A DNA stretch of 64,000 nucleotides from Marinicella sp. (GCA_965230295.1 OZ246001.1:640001-704000), one strand, 5' to 3'; shown: positions 37,252-48,937, numbered from the stretch's first letter. The notes: generated from the sequence alone by a model not told the origin. Translations and numbers: made by a program.

Positions 37252-38677
37252 GAGTGCCTCCTGTTGATTGCCCGGCAACCATGCTTTGAATCAAGGCGCC
37301 AATGTTGCCTGCACCCACCATCAAGACCACATCATCCGCTTCAACCACATGATTCAAGGCATTGGGTACGGTGTTGATGTCATGAACAAACACAGGATCC
37401 AATTTACCCCTGTTGCGAATACTGCGGCACAAGTCATTACCAGTGGCACCAGAAATGACCGCTTCACCCGCTGGATACACTTCACTGAGCATCAGCAAAT
37501 CCACGCCATTGAGCACATCACTGAAGTCATCAAACAAATCACGGGTTCTGCTGAACCTGTGCGGTTGAAATACCAGAACCAAACGATTACCCGGCCAACC
37601 ATCACGACATGCCTTAATCGCAGCAGCCAGTTCAGTTGGGTGGTGAGCATAATCATCAATCAATGTCACTTGGACATCATTGATCTGTTGTTCAGGGTAT
37701 ATATTGAATCGTCTGCCCACTCCATTGAATTCAGCCAAAGCTTTTTTCATGGCAGCCAAATCAACGTCCAACTCGATACCAATCGCTATGGCAGCCAAGG
37801 CGTTTTGCACGTTGTGCTCACCCGGTAGGTTAAGTATCACCTGTTGTAAAACCGGTTGATCATTGATCATCACATCAAATGTTATGTGTTGCTTCACTTG
37901 CTTTAAGTTGATCGCTTGCACCTGTGCACGATCGGTCAACCCATATGTGATTTGGTGCCTGGAAATGTTGTTAGACAACTGATACACATGATCATCATCT
38001 ACACATAAAACAGTCACGCCATAAAAAGGTACTCGGTGCAAGAAGGTTTCAAATGATTGTTTCAACTGATCCAAGTCATTATCGAAAGTGGCCATGTGGT
38101 CCTCATCAATGTTGGTAACCACTGCCATCACAGGTTGTAACAATTGGAACGAACCATCTGACTCATCGGCTTCAGCCACCAAATATTCGCTGGTGCCTAA
38201 ACCTGCATTGGTTCCTGCAGAAGTCAACAAACCACCTATCACAAAAGTTGGATCCATCCCGGCTTCTGTTAAAATACTGGCCACTAAACTGGTCGTGGTG
38301 GTTTTACCATGGGTTCCTGCCACCGCAATGCCCACTTTAAATCGCATCAATTCAGCCAGCATTTCTGCCCGGGTTAGCACTGGAATTTGTGCTGCTCTGG
38401 CTGCTTTCAGTTCCTGGTTTTCTGCTTTGATTGCTGATGAATACACCACCACATCAGCCAATTCAACATGAGCTGCATCATGGCCAATCTTCACACCTAT
38501 ACCCATCTGGATCAAACGGTCAGTGACTTTTCCAGCATTCAAATCAGAGCCACTGACTTTAAAATCCAGGTTGTGCAAAACCTCAGCAATGCCTGACATG
38601 CCTGAACCACCAATACCAATCAAATGGATACTTCTCATGCGGCTGGCAAATTTATGTTCCGGGTTCAGGTAGCTCAT
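37244..38677 (-). CDS. murC: UDP-N-acetylmuramate--L-alanine ligase
   Basis: GIGGSGMSG, GTHGKTTT, EADESD, DDYAHHP. Confidence 0.97.
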   Translation of the reverse strand: MSYLNPEHKFASRMRSIHLIGIGGSGMSGIAEVLHNLDFKVSGSDLNAGKVTDRLIQMGIGVKIGHDAAHVELADVVVYSSAIKAENQELKAARAAQIPVLTRAEMLAELMRFKVGIAVAGTHGKTTTTSLVASILTEAGMDPTFVIGGLLTSAGTNAGLGTSEYLVAEADESDGSFQLLQPVMAVVTNIDEDHMATFDNDLDQLKQSFETFLHRVPFYGVTVLCVDDDHVYQLSNNISRHQITYGLTDRAQVQAINLKQVKQHITFDVMINDQPVLQQVILNLPGEHNVQNALAAIAIGIELDVDLAAMKKALAEFNGVGRRFNIYPEQQINDVQVTLIDDYAHHPTELAAAIKACRDGWPGNRLVLVFQPHRFSRTRDLFDDFSDVLNGVDLLMLSEVYPAGEAVISGATGNDLCRSIRNRGKLDPVFVHDINTVPNALNHVVEADDVVLMVGAGNIGALIQSMVAGQSTGGTHG

Positions 38678-39723
38678 GCTTCCAACACCTCCTCACAAAT
38701 GTCAGCAATGGTTGCTGAAACATGGGGCTTTTTGATTGCAATCAATGCATTTTGCATGGCTGTTCGGTTGTCTGGCTCTAACAAGTATTTGAATTGTTTG
38801 ATGAACTCAGATTGATCTGAAGATTCCTGCCAAATCAATGCGGCATCTTTATTAACCAAACTCTGCGCATTGTGCGTTTGGTGATCATCCACTGCATGTG
38901 GGTAGGGCACAAATATGGTTGGAATGCCTACCAATGAAATTTCCGCAATGGTCAAAGCCCCTGCCCGGCATATACACAAGTCTGCCCATTGATACGCCGC
39001 TGCCATGTTTTGAATAAATTCCTTTAAATCAACTTCCATAGATAAATCACCATAGGCAGCTTTGGTGGCACTTAATTTTCCTTTGCCACACTGATGCTTG
39101 ATTTTTATTTCTCCTTGTTCAATCCAACTTGAAAGACAATTTGGAATCAATGCGTTCAAACTTTGCGCACCCAATGAACCACCCAACACCAGTACATTGA
39201 TGGGGGCGCTGCGATTGAATTGCTTTTCAATCTTTTCAATGCTGTCGCGAACAGGGTTCCCCACCCATTGTGAATTGAATTGTCCGTTCAAATCGAAACC
39301 TGTCAGCACCGCATTGGCTTTTTTAGCCAAATTCCTATTGGTCATACCAAACACACTGTTTTGTTCGTGCACAATCAGCTTGGTTGAACATAACCTGGAT
39401 GCGAAACCCCCAGGTGCTGCGACATAACCACCCATGCTGATGGCAGCGTCGATGGCGTTACTTTTGAAAAATCGGCGCGCTTGCCAGATGCCTTTCAACA
39501 ACCTGAACGGCATCGTCATTAAGCCCAAAATTCCACGCCCGCGTAATGGCTTGATCGACAATAAAGTTAATTGGATGCCATGCTGCTTAACAATGCGTTC
39601 TTCCATGCCACCAACGGCACCCAACCAAAAAATTCGATGCCCTTTCTTTTGTAATGATTTGGCCACCGCAATACCGGGGAAAATGTGTCCGCCGGTACCT
39701 CCGGCCATGATGGCAAAGTTCAT
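38674..39723 (-). CDS. murG: undecaprenyl-PP-MurNAc-pentapeptide GlcNAc transferase
   Basis: GGTGGH, HEQN, GNPVR, GGSLGA, DDHQTHNA. Confidence 0.96.
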   Translation of the reverse strand: MNFAIMAGGTGGHIFPGIAVAKSLQKKGHRIFWLGAVGGMEERIVKQHGIQLTLLSIKPLRGRGILGLMTMPFRLLKGIWQARRFFKSNAIDAAISMGGYVAAPGGFASRLCSTKLIVHEQNSVFGMTNRNLAKKANAVLTGFDLNGQFNSQWVGNPVRDSIEKIEKQFNRSAPINVLVLGGSLGAQSLNALIPNCLSSWIEQGEIKIKHQCGKGKLSATKAAYGDLSMEVDLKEFIQNMAAAYQWADLCICRAGALTIAEISLVGIPTIFVPYPHAVDDHQTHNAQSLVNKDAALIWQESSDQSEFIKQFKYLLEPDNRTAMQNALIAIKKPHVSATIADICEEVLEA

Positions 39724-40895
39724 GCGGCCACCTCCCCTTTCACTGCCCTGAAATGCATTTTTCGATTTTCGTAAGAAATCCTGAAAACCACACTCATGGC
39801 TATGATATTCATCATGATGGCACTGCCACCAGAAGAGATGAACGGCAAGGTCAATCCTTTGGTCGGCAACATGCCCAAATTCACACCCATGCTTAAAAAT
39901 GCTTGCAAAGCCATCCAAACAGCAATGCCAGTGCACATAAAGCCAGCAAAATCATTGCCTTGATCAAACGCCGTTCTGGCCACCTTAAATATCCTAAAGA
40001 TCAGCAACACAAACAGACCAATTAAAAACAACACGCCAAGAAAACCCAACTCCTCTGCGTAAACAGCAAAAATGAAATCGGTGTGTGCTTCAGGTAAATA
40101 AAACAATTTTTGGATACTTGAACCAATGCCCACACCGGTGATTTCACCACGGCCTACAGCAATCAATGCCTGCACCAACTGGAACCCTGCATTGAATGGA
40201 TCTTGCCAAGGATCAACGAAATTAACCAACCGTTTCACCCGGTAAGGCTCAGCCCAAGCTATCACCATCATGGCAGACCCAGCCAATAAACTGATGACTG
40301 ACAAATCACGGTATCGAGCTCCGGCTATGTAGATCATGATCAAAGTGATGATCAACAACAGCACGGCTGAACCAAAATCAGGCTGTACCAACAACAGCCC
40401 GGCAATCACCACCACCATCACCAACGGCTTCAGCACACCAAGCATCGAGTGCTGGATGCTCTTTTTGTGTTTAACCACATAAGTGGCCAAGGACATGATC
40501 AAAGCCAACTTAATGGCTTCAACCACCTGAAACCTTGAAATGCCTAAATTGATCCACCTTCTGGCACCATTGACTTCCACACCAATTCCAGGGATCAACA
40601 CCAGGACCAATGCCAACACGCCCAAGATCAAAGCCGGGCGACTCAAGCGATTCATCCAGTCTGATGAAATGTTCATAACCAGAACGCCAATCACAGTACC
40701 CAGACCAATGAACAACACGTGCCTGTTGAAATAATAAAATGGATCATTGACTGAATTTTCCGCCACTGCAATGGATGCCGATGCCACCATGACTGCACCA
40801 ATGGTCAGCAAAGCCAAAAATGCCAGACCCAACCAAGCATCTACGCCTACCACGTACCAACTTGCTTTGAGTTTTTTGTTATTTGCTGCTGTCAT
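39720..40895 (-). CDS. ftsW: SEDS peptidoglycan polymerase FtsW
   Basis: GARRWI, QPDFG, LPEAHTDFIF, LPFISSGG. Confidence 0.96.
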   Translation of the reverse strand: MTAANNKKLKASWYVVGVDAWLGLAFLALLTIGAVMVASASIAVAENSVNDPFYYFNRHVLFIGLGTVIGVLVMNISSDWMNRLSRPALILGVLALVLVLIPGIGVEVNGARRWINLGISRFQVVEAIKLALIMSLATYVVKHKKSIQHSMLGVLKPLVMVVVIAGLLLVQPDFGSAVLLLIITLIMIYIAGARYRDLSVISLLAGSAMMVIAWAEPYRVKRLVNFVDPWQDPFNAGFQLVQALIAVGRGEITGVGIGSSIQKLFYLPEAHTDFIFAVYAEELGFLGVLFLIGLFVLLIFRIFKVARTAFDQGNDFAGFMCTGIAVWMALQAFLSMGVNLGMLPTKGLTLPFISSGGSAIMMNIIAMSVVFRISYENRKMHFRAVKGEVAA

Positions 40896-40898
40896 GCT

Positions 40899-41981
40899 TT
40901 ATCTGATCTTCAATGTAGCCAAACCAATCAATACCAAAATGATCGAAATGATCCAAAAACGCACGATCACTTTGGGCTCTGCCCAACCTTTCAGTTCGAA
41001 ATGATGATGAATCGGCGCCATTCTAAAAATACGTTTGCCAGTCAGCTTATAGGAAGTCACTTGCAAGATAACCGACACGGTCTCCATCACAAAAATTCCA
41101 CCCATGATGAAAAACACAAATTCCTGTCTGGTCACAAAGGCCACCAATCCCAATGCGGCACCTAAAGCCAAGGCACCCACATCGCCCATGAATACTTGTG
41201 CCGGATAAGTGTTGAACCACAAAAAGCCCAATCCTGAACCAGCAATCGCAGCACAAAAGATAGTCATCTCACCGGTTCCTGGAATGAATGGCAGTAACAA
41301 GTAATCTGAAATAACAGCATTGCCTGATACATAAGCAAACACACCCAACGCAGACCCAACCAACACGGTTGGCATGATTGCCAACCCATCTAAACCATCG
41401 GTTAAATTAACCGCATTACTGGAACCCACAATGACAAAGTATCCCAGGGGAATGGCCAACAAACCCAAAGACCAGTTGTAGTCACTGATCATTGGCAGAA
41501 CCAATTGCTCTCTGATGCTGCTGTGTCCATATTCATACAAATACAAAACAGCCAAAATACCGACTAAAGATTGCATGCTGTATTTCCACTTGGCGGAAAG
41601 TCCAGCTGAGCTTTTTAAATGAATTTTTTTGTAATCATCTACCCATCCAATCAAACCAAAGCCAAACAACACGAACAATGACAACCAAATGTATTGATTG
41701 GTCAAATCACCCCACAATAAAGTGGTCATGATGATGATCGCCAGTATCATGGCACCACCCATGGTGGGTGTGCCTTGTTTACTTAAGTGAGACTCAGGGC
41801 CTAGACTTCTGACTTGCTGTCCAATTTGTTTGATTTGCAAAGTTCTGATAAACCAAGGACCCAAAAACAAAGACAACAACAAAGCCGATAAAGCTGCCAT
41901 GATGGCCCTGAAGGTCAAATAATTAAACAAGTTCAAACCTGAAAACTGTTCACTGAACTGTTGTGCCAACCAATAAATCAT
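40899..41981 (-). CDS. mraY: phospho-MurNAc-pentapeptide transferase
   Basis: [30 protein letters not shown]. Confidence 0.97.
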   Translation of the reverse strand: MIYWLAQQFSEQFSGLNLFNYLTFRAIMAALSALLLSLFLGPWFIRTLQIKQIGQQVRSLGPESHLSKQGTPTMGGAMILAIIIMTTLLWGDLTNQYIWLSLFVLFGFGLIGWVDDYKKIHLKSSAGLSAKWKYSMQSLVGILAVLYLYEYGHSSIREQLVLPMISDYNWSLGLLAIPLGYFVIVGSSNAVNLTDGLDGLAIMPTVLVGSALGVFAYVSGNAVISDYLLLPFIPGTGEMTIFCAAIAGSGLGFLWFNTYPAQVFMGDVGALALGAALGLVAFVTRQEFVFFIMGGIFVMETVSVILQVTSYKLTGKRIFRMAPIHHHFELKGWAEPKVIVRFWIISIILVLIGLATLKIR

Positions 41982-43339
41982 GCGACTTTCCCCTTAATGA
42001 GTACATCGACCACACGTTCCAAACGCATGCTTCTGGATCCTTTCACCAAGACCGTTCCCTGGTCTGGCTGGTGTTGTTTTAAATGGGTCATCAAATCTTC
42101 AACCGCATTGAAGGACAAACATTCAAACCCTGCTGCTGTTGTGTCGCCAGTAGATTCAATTTGGCACACGGTATCGGCATATTCTCCCACTGCCAAAATT
42201 CGGTCTATCCCTTGTTGTTGTGCATATTGGCCCACTGCCTGGTGCATTTGGGTGGCAAATTCACCCAATTCAGCCATGTCACCCAAAATCAATGTGGTTG
42301 GTTTTGATTGTTCTTTCAATACATCAATCGCAGCATTCACCGAGGCAGGATTGGCGTTGTAGCTGTCATCAATCACTTGAACCTGGTTGTCATCTTTGAC
42401 ACATTGCAGGCGGCCCGCTTCAGGAATGAATCCCCGCAAACCGGTTGAAATTTCAGCAAAACTGACATGTAGAGACAGTGCAATCGCAACCACAGCAGTC
42501 GCATTGATGTAATTGTGCCGCCCAATGACAGGTAAATCCAGGTCAAATGTTTCACCTCGCCTTGTAATGACCTGATAAGACTGGTCTTTTTCAATCAATC
42601 GAAAGTCCGCACCCTCAACTGTGCCAAATTTAACCAATTTGCCTTTAACTTTTTGCCCAAACTCAGCTGCATAAGGGGAATCGGCATTGATCACCGCCAA
42701 GCCATCACGGCTCAATGCCTCATAAATTTCTGCTTTACCAATCGCGATGTTGGCCTCACTGCCAAATCGTCCCACATGGGCGTTACTGACATTGGTGATC
42801 AAAGCCACATCTGGCTTAATGATGCTGGTTAAGTGTGCAATGTCACCGATTTGTGCAGCCCCCATTTCTATGACGGCCACCTGGTCAGTTTTACTGATTG
42901 ATAACAACGACAAAGGCACACCAATTTCATTGTTGTAATTGCCGCTGGTGGCATAACAATCGTATTTTTGGGTCAACACAGAAAACAACATGTTTTTCAC
43001 AGTGGTCTTACCGTTTGAACCGGTGATACCAACGACTTTTACACCGGTCTGTTTAACCCAAGCCGCTGACAAAGCCTGCAAGGCCACCAAAGTGTCTTTG
43101 ACGATCAACTGAGGCACATCAACTTCAACCGCATTGGCCACCAATACGGCTGCTGCGCCTTGCTGAACGGCCGCTTGACAAAAGGCTTCGCCATCAAAGA
43201 ACTCACCTTTCAAAGCCACAAATAATTTGCCACTGCAATCTGTTCGCGAATCTGTTGTGACACCTTGGATCCGGGCTTCTTTGCCGACCAAGCTACCCCC
43301 AACCACAGCTGCAATTTGATGTAAATTCATCTGAATCAT
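41978..43339 (-). CDS. murF: UDP-MurNAc-tripeptide--D-Ala-D-Ala ligase
   Basis: [27 protein letters not shown]. Confidence 0.96.
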   Translation of the reverse strand: MIQMNLHQIAAVVGGSLVGKEARIQGVTTDSRTDCSGKLFVALKGEFFDGEAFCQAAVQQGAAAVLVANAVEVDVPQLIVKDTLVALQALSAAWVKQTGVKVVGITGSNGKTTVKNMLFSVLTQKYDCYATSGNYNNEIGVPLSLLSISKTDQVAVIEMGAAQIGDIAHLTSIIKPDVALITNVSNAHVGRFGSEANIAIGKAEIYEALSRDGLAVINADSPYAAEFGQKVKGKLVKFGTVEGADFRLIEKDQSYQVITRRGETFDLDLPVIGRHNYINATAVVAIALSLHVSFAEISTGLRGFIPEAGRLQCVKDDNQVQVIDDSYNANPASVNAAIDVLKEQSKPTTLILGDMAELGEFATQMHQAVGQYAQQQGIDRILAVGEYADTVCQIESTGDTTAAGFECLSFNAVEDLMTHLKQHQPDQGTVLVKGSRSMRLERVVDVLIKGKVA

Positions 43340-44841
43340 ACCGCCACCTGCAACAGTTCTTTGATCACATCCAAGTCGTTGAATGGCATCAATTTACCTT
43401 CCACTTCTTGGGTCGACTCATGACCTTTACCGGCCACCAACACAATATCTCCCGCTTGACTTTGATCAATGGCATACACAATGGCCTGCTGGCGATTATT
43501 GATCACATGCGGTTTACTTTGCATACCAAACTCAATGTCCTCAATGATTTGTCCTGAGGCTTCATAGCGGGGGTTGTCATCGGTCAAAACCACCCTATCA
43601 GCCAATTTTTCAGCAATGGCTCCCATCATGGCACGCTTGCCTTTATCTCTATTACCACCACAACCAAACACACACCACAATTGGTTTTTGGTATGCGCCC
43701 TCAAGGCTTTCAACACCTGCTCCAAGGCATCGGGGGTGTGCGCATAATCAACCACCAAAATCGATTCATTGCTGTGGTTGTCAATGCGATTCATACGACC
43801 TGGAACGGGTTTCAACTGCGACACCACTGGTTCCAACTGATTCAATTCAAAACCCTGGTGGTGCAATGCCGCCACAACAGCCAAGGTGTTGTGGACATTG
43901 AATTCGCCCAACAAAGCCGTAGCAAAAACATATTCTTCATTGTTGGTTCGCAGGTCAAATGCGATTCCAGAAGGTAATAACCTGATGTTATTGGCCAAAT
44001 AATCTGATGCTTTGTTGGTGATGCCATAAGACAATGTAGCCACTTTTCTCAGCGAGTCATCTAACCAATTTTTGCCGATTTCATCATCACCATTGATCAC
44101 ACTGATGCCTGGCTTAAAATCAACAAACAGTTTTAATTTGGCTGCAGCATAGGCCTTCATGGTCTTGTGGTAATCCAAATGGTCACGACTTAAGTTGGTA
44201 AAAATCGCTGTTTGTACTTCAGTGCCTTTGAACCTGTGTTGTTCCAATGCATGAGACGACACTTCGATACAAACTTGTTGGTAACCTGCTGCCAGCATTT
44301 GTGCCATGCTTTTTTGAATGGCCAAGGCCGATGGCGTGGTATTTTGCATGCTGGTCAATTGATCTATACCACCCACACCCAGCGTACCAATGTAACCAGC
44401 TTTAACACCCAATTGCTCCAAAGCATGCATCATCAACCATGCTGTTGAGGTTTTGCCGTTGGTTCCGGTAATGGCTGTGACTGAAAGTTGTCGACTGGGG
44501 TGATCGTAAAAGGCACAGGCCAGATCACCCAACGCATCACTCAAGCCAGGACATTCAATGACAGGGATTTTCAATGGTTTCTGGCGACCCACATAAGCCG
44601 CCCTTTCAGCCTTGGTTGGCTCTGCCAAAACTGCAATGGCGCCAGCTCGCTCTGCTTGATAGGCATAGTCCAGGCCATGTACATTGAATCCTGACAATGC
44701 AATGAACACATCGCCTGGTTGAACTTCGCGACTGTCTAAGCACAAGTCGTTGATCTTTTGTGCCACATCATTGACAGCTGTGTCACTGGCGGATAAGTCC
44801 AAGGCTGTCAACAGCCACTGCATATTTTTAACCTTCAGCAT
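43336..44841 (-). CDS. murE: UDP-MurNAc-dipeptide--meso-DAP ligase
   Basis: TGTNGKTS, DHLDYH, DYAHTPD, DNPR (DAP specificity); GGAGG RBS before MLKVKN. Confidence 0.96.
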   Translation of the reverse strand: MLKVKNMQWLLTALDLSASDTAVNDVAQKINDLCLDSREVQPGDVFIALSGFNVHGLDYAYQAERAGAIAVLAEPTKAERAAYVGRQKPLKIPVIECPGLSDALGDLACAFYDHPSRQLSVTAITGTNGKTSTAWLMMHALEQLGVKAGYIGTLGVGGIDQLTSMQNTTPSALAIQKSMAQMLAAGYQQVCIEVSSHALEQHRFKGTEVQTAIFTNLSRDHLDYHKTMKAYAAAKLKLFVDFKPGISVINGDDEIGKNWLDDSLRKVATLSYGITNKASDYLANNIRLLPSGIAFDLRTNNEEYVFATALLGEFNVHNTLAVVAALHHQGFELNQLEPVVSQLKPVPGRMNRIDNHSNESILVVDYAHTPDALEQVLKALRAHTKNQLWCVFGCGGNRDKGKRAMMGAIAEKLADRVVLTDDNPRYEASGQIIEDIEFGMQSKPHVINNRQQAIVYAIDQSQAGDIVLVAGKGHESTQEVEGKLMPFNDLDVIKELLQVAV

Positions 44842-46561
44842 CTGCACCTCCATTGGCAGCGGATTGCGCTGCTCTGACATCGGCCAAAGTCCTGTTCAAT
44901 TGATCTGCAGGGACATTCAACAACCGCAATCCAGTTTTCATGATCTCGGCAAAAACCGGTGCAGCCACCAACCCCCCATAGTAATCTTCACCTTGTGGAT
45001 TGTTGATACTGACAGCCACCACCAAGCGAGGTGAATTGACTGGAGAAAAGCCAACAAATGACGACATGTATTTGTCTGAATACCCGCCTTTTTCAGCGAT
45101 TCTGGCCGTTCCTGTTTTACCGGCCACACTGTAATTTGGAATGAAGGCCTTGTGTCCTTCGTTGTCGTTAACCACATGAGACAACATGTCTGTTAACTGC
45201 GAGGCAATCATCGGATCAATGATGGCTTTGTCTTCATTGATGTTGCCTTTAATGAATGTGGGCGCACGGTACCTGCCCTGATTGGCTATCACGGCATAAG
45301 CGGACGCCAACTGCAATGTAGTCACCGACAAGTTATATCCTCTGGACAAAGCGGCGTGGTCGGCCGTACGCCAACGGTCATGGTGGGGCAAATACCCTGC
45401 TGACTCACCCATAAACCCGCTGCCTGAAGACTGACCAAAACCAAATCGCTGATAGACATCCCACAAATGCTCTTTGCCCAAACCCAGCACCAATTTAGCC
45501 ACCCCAATATTACTGGACTTAACCAAAATATCCACCAGGCTGAGCTCGCCATAATCTCTGAAATCATGGATCACGAACCCATCAACCTCATATTCTCCTG
45601 GTGAAGTGTTAACCACTGAGTCTGGCGTGTATTCCGCGCTCTCTAGCGCAGCAACCACGGCGAAAGGCTTCATCACTGATCCAGGCTCATAGATGTCTGT
45701 AACCGACCGGTTGCGCAAACCTTCATTGGTCTCTTTACTGCCATTGGGGTTAAACGAAGGTTGGTTAACCATGGCCAATATTTCACCGGTTTTCACATCC
45801 AGAATAACCGCAGAACCTGATGTGGCCCGATGTAAATATACGGCTTTTTTCAATGCCAGATAAGCGGCATACTGTAACCGCCGATCTAAACTCAAATGCA
45901 AATCCTTACCAGGCTTGGCAGCCACCAACTCATCCACATCTATGTCTGCAACCACCTGTCCCAACAGGTCTTTAACCACTGTCTTTTTACCTGACGTGCC
46001 TGTTAACCAGTTATCATATGTTCGCTCTAACCCTTCTTGACCCACATCTTCCACGTCGGTAAAACCAACCACATTGGCCAGTATTTCACCTGTTGGATAA
46101 TACCGCTTAAACTCTGTTCTGAACTCTACGCCTTTCATATTCAATGCCTTTACTGAATCAGCAAGCATGGGCGTGATGCGCCGTTTGATGAATAAGAACT
46201 GACGGTCTTTTCTGGATGTGATGACCTGTTTCAATTCATCGGCATCCAAATCCAACACCTCGGCCAACTGCTCAACCTTGCTGAATTGATCCAACAGTTG
46301 TCCAGGCACAATACCGACCGATACCATGGCTGTGCTCAAGGCCAAAGGTTCGCCATTGCGGTCATAAATAGAACCCCTTGAAACCGGAATCTCCACTTCA
46401 CGTACATGTCGTTTTTCACCTTGGCTTTGATAGAATTCTGCGCCTTTGATTTGAATTGAAAAGGCCCGAACAACCACCACCACAAAGCAACACAGCAAAA
46501 ATGCCATCACTATGGCAATCCTTAAACTGATGTTAACTTGTTTGTGTTGTGATTTTCTCAT
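44828..46561 (-). CDS. ftsI: penicillin-binding protein 3
   Basis: RGSIYDRNG, SVMK, SSN, KTG. Confidence 0.96.
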   Translation of the reverse strand: MRKSQHKQVNISLRIAIVMAFLLCCFVVVVVRAFSIQIKGAEFYQSQGEKRHVREVEIPVSRGSIYDRNGEPLALSTAMVSVGIVPGQLLDQFSKVEQLAEVLDLDADELKQVITSRKDRQFLFIKRRITPMLADSVKALNMKGVEFRTEFKRYYPTGEILANVVGFTDVEDVGQEGLERTYDNWLTGTSGKKTVVKDLLGQVVADIDVDELVAAKPGKDLHLSLDRRLQYAAYLALKKAVYLHRATSGSAVILDVKTGEILAMVNQPSFNPNGSKETNEGLRNRSVTDIYEPGSVMKPFAVVAALESAEYTPDSVVNTSPGEYEVDGFVIHDFRDYGELSLVDILVKSSNIGVAKLVLGLGKEHLWDVYQRFGFGQSSGSGFMGESAGYLPHHDRWRTADHAALSRGYNLSVTTLQLASAYAVIANQGRYRAPTFIKGNINEDKAIIDPMIASQLTDMLSHVVNDNEGHKAFIPNYSVAGKTGTARIAEKGGYSDKYMSSFVGFSPVNSPRLVVAVSINNPQGEDYYGGLVAAPVFAEIMKTGLRLLNVPADQLNRTLADVRAAQSAANGGADAEG

Positions 46562-46827
46562 CGCACTATGACCAAAACCTGTTCATCTTCTGGCAATTTC
46601 ATGTTCAATTGCTCTCTTGCCACTTGCTCTATGCGGTTATTAGAGACCAGCGTGGACTTTTCAATTTGTAAACGCGCCCATTCGGCGTTCAATTCCAATT
46701 TCTCTTTCTCAATTTGCTGGGTTTCAGCAAACAATTTTCTTGTTTCATTCTGGTTGTACACATAGCTGACCAACACACTGATCAGCAACAACGCCAACAC
46801 CACAGTCAAAACATTGTGCAGGCTCAT
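46558..46827 (-). CDS. ftsL: cell division protein FtsL
   Basis: TM plus coiled coil, EW.RL.IE, RIE..AR..L.M; between rsmH and ftsI. Confidence 0.9.
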   Translation of the reverse strand: MSLHNVLTVVLALLLISVLVSYVYNQNETRKLFAETQQIEKEKLELNAEWARLQIEKSTLVSNNRIEQVAREQLNMKLPEDEQVLVIVR

Positions 46828-47747
46828 ACTTTTTCGGCCACTCGCATGATGGCACTGCGTGCACGCACATTGTCATCATGGTCTACCGCCTTGGTTGGCT
46901 TACCCACCAATTTCAAAACCGGTTGCTTGGCATCTGCCGGAATGATGGGCATGCGCCTGTCAACTTTTTCCGGCTTAGACAAAGTCCGCATAAATCGTTT
47001 CACCAATCGATCTTCCAATGAGTGAAAACTGATCACCACCAAACGCCCGCCTTGATTCAACAATTCCAGAGCCACAGGCAACACACGTTCGACTTGACCC
47101 AGCTCGTCATTGATGAAAATTCGGATGGCTTGAAACACACGGGTTGCCGGATGTTTCTTTACCTTATAAAAAGGCGGATTGATTTCTTTGACCACATCCA
47201 CCAGATCAAATGTTGTTTTGAATGGTTTATCAGCGCGCACTTCAACAATTTTTCGAGCAATGCGGCCGGCATTTTTTTCTTCGGCATAACGCCAAAAAAC
47301 CCTTTTCATTTCCTCGGCAGAGGCCGAATTGATCCAATCTGCTGCGGTCATGCCTGAGGCATTGTTCATGCGCATATCCAAGGGACCGTCTTGCTGAAAA
47401 CTGAAACCCCGATCAGCTTGATCGATTTGTGGCGAAGAGACACCAAAATCAAACAAAATACCATCGAACTTCACATTCGTCTCAGACAGCTCAGTCAACA
47501 CCTGCTCAAAGCCACCGGAATACACAGAAACTCGAGCATCTTTATGCGCCAATGCATCGGCAACAGCTATGGCCTCCGGATCACAATCCACCACCGTCAA
47601 ACGCCCTGATTCGCCCAATTCAGACAAAATCAACTGACTGTGACCACCACGCCCAAAGGTGGCATCCAAATAGGTTCCGGCATTTTTCACAGTGAGGGCT
47701 TCTACTGCTTGGTTAAGTAGAACGGTTTGGTGCAAAGCTTGTTCCAT
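46824..47747 (-). CDS. rsmH: 16S rRNA m4C1402 methyltransferase
   Basis: DATFGRGGHS, GVSSPQ, PLDMRM, SFHSLEDR. Confidence 0.97.
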   Translation of the reverse strand: MEQALHQTVLLNQAVEALTVKNAGTYLDATFGRGGHSQLILSELGESGRLTVVDCDPEAIAVADALAHKDARVSVYSGGFEQVLTELSETNVKFDGILFDFGVSSPQIDQADRGFSFQQDGPLDMRMNNASGMTAADWINSASAEEMKRVFWRYAEEKNAGRIARKIVEVRADKPFKTTFDLVDVVKEINPPFYKVKKHPATRVFQAIRIFINDELGQVERVLPVALELLNQGGRLVVISFHSLEDRLVKRFMRTLSKPEKVDRRMPIIPADAKQPVLKLVGKPTKAVDHDDNVRARSAIMRVAEKV

Positions 47748-48196
47748 CACAACACCAGGGATTTCATGGCATCAGACACTTCGCCATTCATGGCCGGCAC
47801 CTGATGTCTGGTTTTCTGCAAGGCGTCTTCGTTCCAAATTTCAAACTTACCGCCCAAGCCCAACATCACCACGCGTTTTTCCATGGAAGCCACCTGTCGC
47901 AATGTGATGGGCAATAAAATTCTGGATCCTTTGTCCGGTACCACATGATAAGCACTACCCACCAAGCGGCGTTGCAATGCGCGGTGCATCGGATCAAAAG
48001 TGGACAGCGACATCACTGAATCACGAACTTTTTCCCATTCATGTTCAGGGTACAGCCACAAAGAGTCATTTTCATAGGCATTATAAGTCAGCACCAAACG
48101 GTTTTCGCAGACGTCAGCAATCGGTTGTCGATACATAGAAGGTATCGCCAATCGACCTTTAACGTCTAAATTCAATGCCACTTCACCGTAAAACAC
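47747..48196 (-). CDS. mraZ: division/cell wall cluster regulator MraZ
   Basis: LDVKGRLAIP, LWLYP..EW, FEIW; probable GTG start at 48196. Confidence 0.92.
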   Translation of the reverse strand: MFYGEVALNLDVKGRLAIPSMYRQPIADVCENRLVLTYNAYENDSLWLYPEHEWEKVRDSVMSLSTFDPMHRALQRRLVGSAYHVVPDKGSRILLPITLRQVASMEKRVVMLGLGGKFEIWNEDALQKTRHQVPAMNGEVSDAMKSLVL

Positions 48197-48240
48197 TACA
48201 AAATCCCACAAAAATACTACTTAACTCCACAATTATGCAC
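48196..48240 (-). promoter_or_regulatory. MraZ-binding direct repeats
   Basis: Minus strand GTGCA-N5-GTGGA-N5-GTAGT-N6-GTGGG-N5-GTAGT, roughly 10-bp periodic GTGG-type boxes. Confidence 0.65.
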
Positions 48241-48547
48241 TTTATGACTAAACACAGGCTAAGTCAAGCCAGAAATAGAAAAATATGAATAGAATCAATG
48301 ACTTATAAGATATTTTACATTAAATAAACGCTGTAAGTTATTGATTTGTATGGAATGGTTAATGTTTAACCAATGTCATCATAGGCAGAAATACCACCCA
48401 AATCACTCCATAAAGCAGAACTTTTGTGTTGTTAGCACCACCGGTGGTGAAACGTGGGGGAATTATACTTAAAACCATGACTTGAGCCACCTGACAATGC
48501 CATGTAATTATGGTAGTTTGATTATAAGAAACCAAAGGATTGCAACA

Positions 48548-48937
48548 ATGAAATGCCCCCATGATCAAACCCATTTAAAACTGATGGCCAACAGCGCCTC
48601 ATTGTCTCACCGTTGTCCATCATGCTTCGGATTCTTTTTATCTGGCAAAGCTGTACAAGCCTTTAAACACAACCACGAATCTGACATTCTGGATCTACTG
48701 GCCACCACAGCACCGCAAGCAGAATCAGCAACAATTTGTCCAAGCTGTACTCAATCTATGGAATTAAAACATATAGATGACATTGAACTTGATTGCTGCA
48801 CCCATTGTGGTGGCATTTGGTTTGATCCCACAGAACTAGAAAACCTTGTTGACCGACATGGCCACTCACCCAGAAACCACAATGAAACAATAGCTTCTGC
48901 ATTATTAGACTTCTTGGGAGCCCTTATCCCATTCTGA
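48548..48937 (+). CDS. double zinc-ribbon (zf-TFIIB-like) protein
   Basis: MKCP, CPSCFG, CPSC, LDCCTHCGGIWFD..EL. Confidence 0.75.
   Translation: MKCPHDQTHLKLMANSASLSHRCPSCFGFFLSGKAVQAFKHNHESDILDLLATTAPQAESATICPSCTQSMELKHIDDIELDCCTHCGGIWFDPTELENLVDRHGHSPRNHNETIASALLDFLGALIPF

Noticed and set aside
39723-39936. Apparent N-terminal extensions in the ORF track (murG, also ftsQ, ddl, murE, iscA-like, phasin, marR)
   Set aside because: They come from upstream alternative starts overlapping neighbouring genes or promoters; family motifs and RBS positions support the shorter starts.
31959-48211. Many antisense and alternate-frame ORFs in the track, here and across the window
   Set aside because: They are shadows of well-supported housekeeping genes and have no independent motifs.
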